Assembly: GCA_003523055.1 (NCBI GenBank)
Contig: DPHC01000002.1
Coordinates: 282,041 to 346,040, forward strand
Origin: Dehalococcoidia bacterium
Lineage (GTDB): Bacteria > Chloroflexota > Dehalococcoidia > Lucifugimonadales > UBA3495
DNA length: 64,000 nt
Direction: 5' to 3'
Shown in pieces: positions 30,625 to 38,272 of the stretch; positions within the stretch are counted from its first letter, which is position 1, and every line of letters begins with the position of its first letter. A program made the translations under genes and the position numbers. Below the pieces are notes generated by a model. It saw only the letters and a program-made list of their open reading frames with translations, was not told the origin of the DNA and made no database searches.

Positions 30625-31737
30625 ATGGAAATCTCCACTGCAACAATCAAAACTTTAGCTAAAACACATGGATTCGACTTAGTCGGAATTACTGACAATC
30701 TAGATTTTTCCGAATCTAGATCTCTAGCAATTGAACACATAAATAAAAAAAACATGGTCGGACTTGACTGGTACACAAGTTCTAGAGTAGTCAGAGGTAC
30801 TTCTCCAGCCGAATTGTTACCTGAAGTAAAATCTATAATCAGCCTTGGAGTAAATTATTACAAAAACAGCCACCATAACAAATCAATGTCGGGCAGCGTA
30901 GCTCTATATGCGCAAGATAAAGATTATCATAGAGTTCTAAAAAAAATGATGCGGAACTTAGTATTGGATATTAACGATAATATTAATACAGACATAATAG
31001 CTAAATGGTATGTGGATGACGGCCCTATGTTAGACAAATCAGTAGCGTTCAAAAGTGGCATAGGATGGTATGGCAAAAACTCAAACATTTTAACCAAATC
31101 ATATGGTTCATGGGTTTTACTAGGACAAATTCTAACTAATTTAGAATTAAAACCTGATATACCGATCAAAACCAACTGCGGCACTTGTACTTTGTGCATA
31201 GACCATTGCCCTACGAACGCAATTATAGAACCTTACATTGTAAAAAACTCTTTGTGTATTTCTTATTTAACAATAGAACACAAAGGGCCCATACCTATAG
31301 AGATGCGTAAAGACATGGGGAACTGGATCTTTGGATGTGATGTCTGTCAAGAAGTATGTCCCGTCAACAAGTTTGCAAAGCCTGCTACGGCTACAGGATT
31401 AAAGTTGTCAACATTTTCCAACTTAGATTTATCAGAAATTTTACTTATGAATGAAAGCAGCTTTAAAATAAAATTTGCCGGCACTCCTATCATGAGAACT
31501 AAATTATCAGGGTTAAAGCGAAATACATGCATAGTTATAGGCAATCGCCGTTTGTTTTCTTGCATACCTTCACTAGAAAAATCTATTCGAGATAAGGATC
31601 CTGTAGTGAGGAGCCATTCTGCATGGGCTCTTGGCCAATTCGAATCTCGTCTCACTAATAATATCTTAAAATCAGCTTTAAACAAGGAAGATGAAGATTC
31701 CGTAAAAAATGAAATACGATTAGCCATTAGTAAATAA
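30625..31737 (+). CDS. queG: tRNA epoxyqueuosine(34) reductase
   Basis: 370 aa. It has two ferredoxin-type clusters (CGTCTLCIDHCPTNA and CDVCQEVCP), the GWYGKN motif, and a C-terminal HEAT-like repeat (DPVVRSHSAWALG). Confidence 0.9.
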   Translation: MEISTATIKTLAKTHGFDLVGITDNLDFSESRSLAIEHINKKNMVGLDWYTSSRVVRGTSPAELLPEVKSIISLGVNYYKNSHHNKSMSGSVALYAQDKDYHRVLKKMMRNLVLDINDNINTDIIAKWYVDDGPMLDKSVAFKSGIGWYGKNSNILTKSYGSWVLLGQILTNLELKPDIPIKTNCGTCTLCIDHCPTNAIIEPYIVKNSLCISYLTIEHKGPIPIEMRKDMGNWIFGCDVCQEVCPVNKFAKPATATGLKLSTFSNLDLSEILLMNESSFKIKFAGTPIMRTKLSGLKRNTCIVIGNRRLFSCIPSLEKSIRDKDPVVRSHSAWALGQFESRLTNNILKSALNKEDEDSVKNEIRLAISK

Positions 31738-31743
31738 GAAGTA

Positions 31744-32241
31744 CTATTTGGATCTTTGGATTTTTTTCATCTCTTCTTCAAGTAAATAAAAGTCGGCTTT
31801 AGGTAATAAATGCAAATTGCCTTGAAAAGCTAACGGCCAATCTTCTGGAGCCCATCTTTTGACATATTCTAATCTAGGGGCAATTTGATAGGCGTCAATA
31901 TATTCATGTTCTTGAAGTAAAACTTCAGATCTAACCCCTATTTCATACGTCCATCTATTAGTTAATTGCCAAGGCCATGAGCCTTTGGCAATTTCTCTAT
32001 ACGAAGATGTAACGAACCCTGTGGCAGAAAATTTCTTGCTACTTTCAACGTAAAACAATATTCGATCTCCAGATTCTATCCGTTGGATTTTACGCCTATG
32101 TTCTTCTCTTAAAGGATAATTTTCAAAACCATGGTCTTTTGTACCATTAAAACTTTCAATGTCTGATACCACCATCCAAAAGTTTCGAGGCGCATTAGAT
32201 TCCTTTTTAGTCTTCGCTCTTTGATTATTCATATTCATCAA
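31744..32241 (-). CDS. hypothetical protein, PUA-like / EVE-domain-like
   Basis: 165 aa. FWMVVSD...GDRILFYV...ATGFVTS resembles the EVE/PUA-like beta-barrel pattern. Assigned by eye only. Confidence 0.45.
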   Translation of the reverse strand: MMNMNNQRAKTKKESNAPRNFWMVVSDIESFNGTKDHGFENYPLREEHRRKIQRIESGDRILFYVESSKKFSATGFVTSSYREIAKGSWPWQLTNRWTYEIGVRSEVLLQEHEYIDAYQIAPRLEYVKRWAPEDWPLAFQGNLHLLPKADFYLLEEEMKKIQRSK

Positions 32242-32355
32242 CCAATTCTTTGATAGGCCTATTTTACAACAGAAATATTGTTCTATAAATATATTTGTTT
32301 GAAATTTTAATTTAGTGTAGTATTTGAGACAACTTCTATACAGCAGGAATATATT

Positions 32356-33525
32356 ATGACTCCTAACAAAGAACGAATCGCAGCCATAGTCGGAGTAGCC
32401 GAATCAGATGAAATAGGGAGAGTTCCTAATAAATCTTCTCTCCAACATCATGCCGAAGCAGCCTATAATGCGCTTGAAGATGCCGGGTTAAAAATATCTG
32501 ACATAGATGGCCTATTCACAGCAGGGTTTTCTACCCTTCTGACAGCGGAATACTTAGGAATAGAACCTACTTATACAGATAATACGTCTGTCGGAGGGTC
32601 ATCATTTGTCATTCATGTAGCGCACGCTGTTGCAGCTATTCAGGCTGGTTACTGTAGCGTAGCCCTTATAACCCACGGCCAAGCAGGAAGGTCCACTAGA
32701 GCTCGAATACCGGTCGATCCAAATCTCCCAATTGCGCAATATGAAACTCCTTATGGATTTATTGGGCAACCTATAAATTATGCTTTAGCCTGCTCTAGAT
32801 ATATGGATAAATATGGTGAATCTCTTACAAGAGAAGGAATGGCTGAAATAGCAGTCTCCACGAGAAAATGGGCTAATCTAAACCCTAAAGCCTTAATGTA
32901 TGAAACACCTATGGATTTTGACGAATATCACAATTCCAGATGGATTTCATGGCCATTCCACCTACCTGATTGTTGCCTACAAACTGACTCTGGAGCAGCA
33001 ATCATTGTCACATCAGCAGAAGTGGCAAACAGATTAAAGAAAAAACCTATTTGGGTTTTAGGAGCCTCAGAATCACATGACCACAACATGATTAGCATGA
33101 TGCCTGATATGACTTCTACCGTATCAAGAATTACCGGACCATTAGCGCTAGCAAAAGCTGGAATAACCCATAGCGAAATAGACCTGACTATGATTTATGA
33201 TTCTTTTACTTACACAGTAATGGCATCTTTAGAAGGTTTAGGATTTTGTAAACCTGGCGAAGCCGCTGATTTCGTAAAAGGTCAAAGAACTGCTCCTGGG
33301 GGTGATTTTGCTTTAAATACTAATGGAGGAGGCTTATCATACAGCCATCCTGGAATGTACGGTAGTTTTCTGCTTGTAGAAGCTGTAAGACAATTACGAG
33401 GAGAAGCTGGCTCAAGGCAAATAAAATCTAAGCACAGGAATTCCAAAGACCCTCAAATTTCATTAGTGAACGGTACAGGCGGATCTCTATCTTCCACCGG
33501 AACTGTCATATTAGCCAGAGATTAA
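32356..33525 (+). CDS. thiolase-fold protein (SCP-x / lipid-transfer-type acetyl-CoA acetyltransferase-like)
   Basis: 389 aa. The layout is thiolase-like, with IVGVAES, a C-terminal NTNGGGLS...HPG, and a GTG..S tail. Confidence 0.78.
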   Translation: MTPNKERIAAIVGVAESDEIGRVPNKSSLQHHAEAAYNALEDAGLKISDIDGLFTAGFSTLLTAEYLGIEPTYTDNTSVGGSSFVIHVAHAVAAIQAGYCSVALITHGQAGRSTRARIPVDPNLPIAQYETPYGFIGQPINYALACSRYMDKYGESLTREGMAEIAVSTRKWANLNPKALMYETPMDFDEYHNSRWISWPFHLPDCCLQTDSGAAIIVTSAEVANRLKKKPIWVLGASESHDHNMISMMPDMTSTVSRITGPLALAKAGITHSEIDLTMIYDSFTYTVMASLEGLGFCKPGEAADFVKGQRTAPGGDFALNTNGGGLSYSHPGMYGSFLLVEAVRQLRGEAGSRQIKSKHRNSKDPQISLVNGTGGSLSSTGTVILARD

Positions 33526-33528
33526 GAA

Positions 33529-34611
33529 ATGGAAATAGTCATTATTGGATTACCCCAAAGTGGTAAAAGCTGCCTTTTTGATGCACTCACGCAAGGTGTT
33601 TCAGCAAGTTCCGGTATTGGAAATGGGATAGAAATGCGCATAGGAACAGCTAAAGTTCCAGATTATCGCCTAGATGAATTAGCAAATATTTACAATCCTC
33701 AAAAAATTATACAAGCTGAAATAAAGTACTGGGATCCACCCGGGATGGAAAGTGGAGTGTCTACCGAGCAGGTCTCCGGCAGATATCGTAATATCTTACA
33801 ATCCGCAGACGCACTGCTGGTCTGCATACGAGCATTCGAAAGCCCTTATATACCACATATTAAGGGAACAGTAGACCCCGTTAGAGATATAAATACAATA
33901 TTAGAAGAATTAATGTATTCAGACTTAGAAATGGCAGAAAATGCCATCACCAGATTGTCCGATAGTATTAAAAAAGCTAAACCAGAAGAACGGCAAAGTA
34001 TAGAACGCCAACAGGAAACCATGATGCAAATCAAAGATGGCATAGAAAAAGGCGATCCTGTATTATCTCTGATGTCATCTTTTTCTGATGTCAATTTTCT
34101 ATCTAATTATCAATTTTTAACCAACAAACCAATCATAGTTGTATACAATATAAATGAATCAGACCCATCAATCTCATCCATCAACAAAATTCAGTCTTAT
34201 TCCGGAAACTTGATTGAAATTTCAATACCGGCTCGAACTGAATCTGAACTAGCCCAAATGCCTGAAGAGGAAGAAAAAGAGTTCCGAGAAGATTTGGGAC
34301 TAACAGAATCAGCTTGTGATCAAATAATACAAGCTACATACAAAGGCTTGAGCCTCATTTCGTTTTTGACAGTAGGAGAAGACGAAGTCCGAGCATGGCC
34401 TATTAAATCCAGTTTCAATGCACCCGAGGCGGCTGGAGCCATTCATACAGATTTTATAAAAGGTTTTGTTAAAGCTGAGGTCGTATCGTACGAAAATTTG
34501 TTAAAGTGTAAATCATGGGCTCAAACTAAAAAAGAAGGATTATGTAAATCTGAAGGTAAAACCTACATCGTCCAAGATGGGGACATTATAAATTTCCTGA
34601 TAAACCAATAG
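33529..34611 (+). CDS. ychF: redox-regulated ATPase YchF (Obg-like ATPase)
   Basis: 360 aa. The P-loop is GLPQSGKS. The C-terminal YchF/TGS-like domain reads FLTVGEDEVRAWPI...AAGAIHTDF..GF..AEV. Confidence 0.92.
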   Translation: MEIVIIGLPQSGKSCLFDALTQGVSASSGIGNGIEMRIGTAKVPDYRLDELANIYNPQKIIQAEIKYWDPPGMESGVSTEQVSGRYRNILQSADALLVCIRAFESPYIPHIKGTVDPVRDINTILEELMYSDLEMAENAITRLSDSIKKAKPEERQSIERQQETMMQIKDGIEKGDPVLSLMSSFSDVNFLSNYQFLTNKPIIVVYNINESDPSISSINKIQSYSGNLIEISIPARTESELAQMPEEEEKEFREDLGLTESACDQIIQATYKGLSLISFLTVGEDEVRAWPIKSSFNAPEAAGAIHTDFIKGFVKAEVVSYENLLKCKSWAQTKKEGLCKSEGKTYIVQDGDIINFLINQ

Positions 34612-34625
34612 TTTTTGCTGCACCA

Positions 34626-35165
34626 ATGCATGACATAAATACTTTTACAATACGATCATATATAGAAAACGATCATCCAAAAGTATGTTCCATTTTTAAA
34701 AATGGTTTATTAAATTTAAATTATCCTGAAGGCTTTGATATCGAGCCCTATATAGAAGAATCTCTTGCTACTGATTTAAAAAACATTGAAACTGTATATA
34801 TGTTGGAATCCGGTTCTCACTTCTGGTGCGCAGTCAATGACTCAGACATTGCCGGAATAGTAGCTATAAAAAAGATTACTGATGAAGTAGCAGAATTAAG
34901 ACGAATGAGCGTGTCAGATGAGTTTCGACACCATGGAGTCGCAACAAAACTTCTAAAAACGGCAGAAACATTCTGTGTAGAAAATAATTATACCAAGATC
35001 AAACTTACAACTACCAATATGCAAATTCCTGCTGTGAATTTATATAAAAAATTCGGGTTTATTAAGTATCATAAAGAAGCATACTCTTTAATAACAGCAT
35101 ATCATTTCCAAAAACTTCTAACCGATATTCCTTTAGACAAATCAGATAGGTTTAGCCAAACTTAA
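34626..35165 (+). CDS. GNAT family N-acetyltransferase
   Basis: 179 aa. The acetyl-CoA motif is LRRMSVSDEFRHHGVATKLL, and the C-terminal region has YKKFGF. Confidence 0.8.
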   Translation: MHDINTFTIRSYIENDHPKVCSIFKNGLLNLNYPEGFDIEPYIEESLATDLKNIETVYMLESGSHFWCAVNDSDIAGIVAIKKITDEVAELRRMSVSDEFRHHGVATKLLKTAETFCVENNYTKIKLTTTNMQIPAVNLYKKFGFIKYHKEAYSLITAYHFQKLLTDIPLDKSDRFSQT

Positions 35166-35492
35166 ATGATGTCCATCCGGATCTCTAAGATGAATATATC
35201 TTTCGTTCCAAATTGCATTTTGAGGTTTGTTCTCAATGAAAATCTTTGCAGAAATTAATCTGTCATAGATTTCATCAACATCCCCAACATGAATGATAAA
35301 CCTACCCCAATTAGTGTTAATAGAATCATTAGTCTCATTCAGATTGAGATAAGAATTAGACAACTTCAATGTAGAGAATTGTGATTCAGCTCCGCCGAAA
35401 ATTACAGGTAATCCGAGTATGTCCGCATAAAACCCCAATGATATTGCCATATCCTGGATGTTCAACGTAACAGCATTTATATCGTTGAGCAT
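35142..35492 (-). CDS. VOC family protein (glyoxalase/bleomycin-resistance fold)
   Basis: 116 aa with FYADILGL near the N-terminus and LRDPDGHHLSL near the C-terminus. It overlaps the 3' end of the GNAT gene in convergent orientation. Confidence 0.78.
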   Translation of the reverse strand: MLNDINAVTLNIQDMAISLGFYADILGLPVIFGGAESQFSTLKLSNSYLNLNETNDSINTNWGRFIIHVGDVDEIYDRLISAKIFIENKPQNAIWNERYIHLRDPDGHHLSLAKPI

Positions 35493-35495
35493 GGA

Positions 35496-35942
35496 TTAGG
35501 GAGATATTATGGTTTTTTTGGACTTTAAAATACCGTACATAGTACCCAGAGCACTCATACTGCCAACATACAAAGGTCCAATGAATATAGCAATCCACAA
35601 CAATGATTGAGTTCTACGTTCCAGATCCATAATTTGGCTTAACACAAGAGCACTAATCACGATAGTAACAGCTGCCAAAACACCCATTATAAGACCAAAT
35701 TTTAAACCAAAGGATCCAGTTGCTTCGATTAATCCGTGCCTTTTTTTTGCTATGATATAACTTCCAACAAACGGACTCAATGGTATAACAAACAATATTG
35801 CAAAATGCACAACTGGCACCGGCAAAAGTATGAAAGACAATGCAGACAGAATAAGCATTATTCCATAAGACATAAAAACAGATTTCAACATATTATTTTT
35901 TTGCTCCTGTGCACCAATATTACTACTTACAAATAATACCAT
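35496..35942 (-). CDS. hypothetical integral membrane protein (about 4 TM)
   Basis: 148-aa hydrophobic ORF directly upstream of the VOC gene. No recognisable family. The start may be an internal Met. Confidence 0.45.
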   Translation of the reverse strand: MVLFVSSNIGAQEQKNNMLKSVFMSYGIMLILSALSFILLPVPVVHFAILFVIPLSPFVGSYIIAKKRHGLIEATGSFGLKFGLIMGVLAAVTIVISALVLSQIMDLERRTQSLLWIAIFIGPLYVGSMSALGTMYGILKSKKTIISP

Positions 35943-36009
35943 ACCCCAATAAAGAGATTTTATAACCTTGCCCCGACGAACATTAATCGAAAGTACAGCT
36001 AATCAGTGT

Positions 36010-36038
36010 TTGACAATTATATTTAACATTATTAAACT
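36010..36038 (+). promoter_or_regulatory. candidate sigma-70 promoter for the moeB-like leader
   Basis: TTGACA (36010-15), a 17-nt spacer, then TAAACT (36033-38). The predicted start would fall at or next to the leader ATG (36045), which implies a leaderless or very short-leader transcript. Confidence 0.35.
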
Positions 36039-36044
36039 GGATAT

Positions 36045-36092
36045 ATGGAAAATAAATTAAACGCCTGTCATTGTATGTATCCTCCTAAATGA
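36045..36092 (+). CDS. candidate 15-codon leader peptide MENKLNACHCMYPPK (two Cys codons)
   Basis: The reading is ATG..TGT CAT TGT ATG..TGA. The stop codon directly abuts GAGGGT (36093-98), which copies the terminator 3' arm. No SD is visible. It has the same architecture as the leader at 37022. Confidence 0.4.
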   Translation: MENKLNACHCMYPPK

Positions 36093-36118
36093 GAGGGTAG
36101 TTACCGTTCGAATTGATT

Positions 36119-36156
36119 AAACACCCTCCTTAACACAAGAGAGGGTGTTTCATTTT
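36119..36156 (+). terminator. intrinsic terminator in the 5' leader of the moeB-like gene
   Basis: AAACACCCTC (36119-28) pairs with GAGGGTGTTT (36141-50), a 10-bp perfect stem. The trailing U-tract TTTCATTTT is interrupted. It lies 33 nt before the ATG at 36189. Confidence 0.65.
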
Positions 36157-36188
36157 AAACCCTAAACAACATATAAAAGGAATAATAA

Positions 36189-37022
36189 ATGAGCCAAAAA
36201 CCAATAGCACTTACTCCTGCCCAAGTTAAAAGATATTCTAGGCACCTCATAATGAACGATGTTGGCAGCGTAGGACAACGAAAACTTTTAGACGCAAAGG
36301 TTTTGATTCTGGGAGCTGGAGGACTAGGCTCGCCTTCTGCAATATATTTAGCACTGGCAGGTGTTGGAACCATTGGGTTAGTTGATTTTGATGTCGTAGA
36401 TTTATCCAATTTACAACGCCAAGTCTTACATCACACTGCAGATGTTGGAAGGCCAAAGCTACAGTCAGCCAAAGATAATATTTTATCGTACAACCCTGAT
36501 ATTAATGTAGTTTTACACGAAACTCGGCTTGAATCTGACAATGCTATGGATATAATTTCAAATTATGACATGGTAATAAACGGAGCCGATAATTTTGCTA
36601 CCCGATATTTGGTAAATGATGCGTGCTACCTATTAGGAAAACCCTTAGTAGATGGAAGTATCTTAATATTCGATGGCCAATCAACATTATTCACACCAGG
36701 CAATGGATGTTATAGGTGCTTATTTCCATCACCTCCTCCTCCTGGTATGGTTCCAAACTGCGCTGAAGCTGGAGTATTAGGGGCCCTAACAGGACTAGTA
36801 GGGAGCATCCAAGCAACTGAAGCATTGAAGTACATTTTGGGTATAGGCCAAAGCTTAGAATCTAGATTATTAATCATAGATGCCTTAAGTATGACATTTA
36901 GAGAATTCAAACTGAGGCGAAACCCTAATTGCCCACTTTGTGGAGACAAGCCTACTGTCACAGAATTAATCGACTACGAAATTTTCTGCGGTATAACTGC
37001 AGACAGCCCTACGATGTCTTAA
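36189..37022 (+). CDS. MoeB/ThiF/HesA family sulfur-carrier-protein adenylyltransferase (E1-like), no rhodanese domain
   Basis: 277 aa. Motifs are RYSRHL, ILGAGGLGSPSAIYLALAGVG, DLSNLQRQ, and the Zn cysteines CYRC and CPLCG. Confidence 0.88.
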   Translation: MSQKPIALTPAQVKRYSRHLIMNDVGSVGQRKLLDAKVLILGAGGLGSPSAIYLALAGVGTIGLVDFDVVDLSNLQRQVLHHTADVGRPKLQSAKDNILSYNPDINVVLHETRLESDNAMDIISNYDMVINGADNFATRYLVNDACYLLGKPLVDGSILIFDGQSTLFTPGNGCYRCLFPSPPPPGMVPNCAEAGVLGALTGLVGSIQATEALKYILGIGQSLESRLLIIDALSMTFREFKLRRNPNCPLCGDKPTVTELIDYEIFCGITADSPTMS

Positions 37023-37090
37023 TGTTGATCCAACAAACACTCTCACATACCTGTTTCGACTGTTGTTGTTGCCACTGTTGTTCTCCGTAA
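37022..37090 (+). CDS. candidate 22-codon Cys-rich leader peptide MLIQQTLSHTCFDCCCCHCCSP
   Basis: The ATG overlaps the moeB-like stop (TAATG). Seven of the last 12 sense codons are TGT/TGC. The TAA stop (37088-90) sits 2 nt before AAGAGGGA, the antiterminator strand. Confidence 0.6.
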   Translation: MLIQQTLSHTCFDCCCCHCCSP

Positions 37091-37119
37091 ACAAGAGGGA
37101 TACATCAACGCATGATTTC

Positions 37120-37154
37120 AAACTCCCTCTTAATAGCAAGAGGGAGTTTTTTTT
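37120..37154 (+). terminator. intrinsic terminator between the moeB-like gene and the cysteine synthase gene
   Basis: AAACTCCCTCTT (37120-31) pairs with AAGAGGGAGTTT (37138-49), a 12-bp perfect stem with a 6-nt loop. The T run extends to 37154. It lies 25 nt before the ATG at 37179. Confidence 0.85.
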
Positions 37155-37178
37155 ACACCAACATCAAGGAATATAAAT

Positions 37179-38141
37179 ATGACTAAAACATTCATTCACA
37201 ACTCGGTTCAGGATAGCATTCTTGATACTATAGGTAATACTCCGATAGTTAAATTAAATCATTGTAGTCCCAATCCTAACGTTGATATTTATGTGAAATT
37301 AGAAGGGCAAAATCCTACTGGATCCGTAAAAGATAGAATAGCACTGAAAATGATTAATGAAGCGGAATTCCATGGAGAAATATCTACCACTCGTACTATT
37401 CTGGAACCCACTAGTGGCAACACTGGAATCTCAATCGCATTAGTAGGGAAACTAAAAGGTTTCAAAGTAAAAGTGGTTATGCCTAGCAATGTAAGTTCAG
37501 AACGTACACAACTCTTAACGGCTTATGGCGCAGACATAGTGTATTCTGAGGGAGAAAAAGGCAGCAACGGTTCAATTGAACTAGCCCAAGATATTCTAAG
37601 TAAAAATCCTGAAGACTATTACATGCCTTACCAGTACGGTAATCAAGCTAATCCACGAGCTCATTATGAAGGAACAGGACCAGAAATTTTAGCAGCAGTC
37701 CCAGACCTAGATGTTTTCATTGCGGGATTAGGGACAGGTGGTACTTTAACAGGTACAGGGCAATATTTAAAAGATAACAACCCTGAAGTAAAAATTGTAG
37801 CGGTTGCTCCAGAGCCAGATGATTTAATATCGGGGTTGCGTAGATTAGAAGATGGATTTATACCTCCAATTTTGGATATAAATGTTTTAGACTCGAGACT
37901 TCTAATAAGCAGCTTTGATGCGTTTAAAACAACAAAAATATTACTAGAAAAAGAAGGTATATTCGCAGGTATTTCTTGTGGTTCAGTGGTATATGGAGCA
38001 ATCAAACAAGCAGAAAGGATGAAATCTGGCAAAATAGTTTGCTTATTGGCCGACGGGGGTTGGAAATACCTAAGTACTAGTCTTTGGACAAAAGACTATC
38101 CCCAACTGGCAGAAGAATCCAAGGGCAAAATTTGGTGGTAA
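37179..38141 (+). CDS. cysteine synthase (PLP-dependent O-acetylserine/O-phosphoserine sulfhydrylase, CysK/CysM family)
   Basis: 320 aa. The PLP lysine is in NPTGSVKDR. It also has TSGNTGISIA and GTGGTLTG. I cannot separate CysK from CysM by eye. Confidence 0.9.
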   Translation: MTKTFIHNSVQDSILDTIGNTPIVKLNHCSPNPNVDIYVKLEGQNPTGSVKDRIALKMINEAEFHGEISTTRTILEPTSGNTGISIALVGKLKGFKVKVVMPSNVSSERTQLLTAYGADIVYSEGEKGSNGSIELAQDILSKNPEDYYMPYQYGNQANPRAHYEGTGPEILAAVPDLDVFIAGLGTGGTLTGTGQYLKDNNPEVKIVAVAPEPDDLISGLRRLEDGFIPPILDINVLDSRLLISSFDAFKTTKILLEKEGIFAGISCGSVVYGAIKQAERMKSGKIVCLLADGGWKYLSTSLWTKDYPQLAEESKGKIWW

Positions 38142-38164
38142 TACAAATCAAATCCTAACCTCGG

Positions 38165-38193
38165 TTGAAACTATGCCTACTAGATGCTAGAAT
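38165..38193 (+). promoter_or_regulatory. candidate sigma-70 promoter for nusA-infB-rbfA-truB
   Basis: TTGAAA (38165-70), a 17-nt spacer, then TAGAAT (38188-93). Confidence 0.45.
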
Positions 38194-38202
38194 TGTACCA
38201 AA

Positions 38203-38226
38203 GGCGGGGTTAACCCGCTTTCTTGC
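38203..38226 (+). terminator. short GC hairpin plus weak U-tract in the nusA leader (cysteine synthase terminator and/or nusA attenuator)
   Basis: GCGGG (38204-08) pairs with CCCGC (38214-18) around loop GTTAA. TTTCTTG follows. It lies downstream of the candidate promoter and 47 nt before the nusA ATG. Confidence 0.4.
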
Positions 38227-38272
38227 TGATTAGCGTACAAATAAAAACGTAATAGATGGGGGTACAAGGTCG

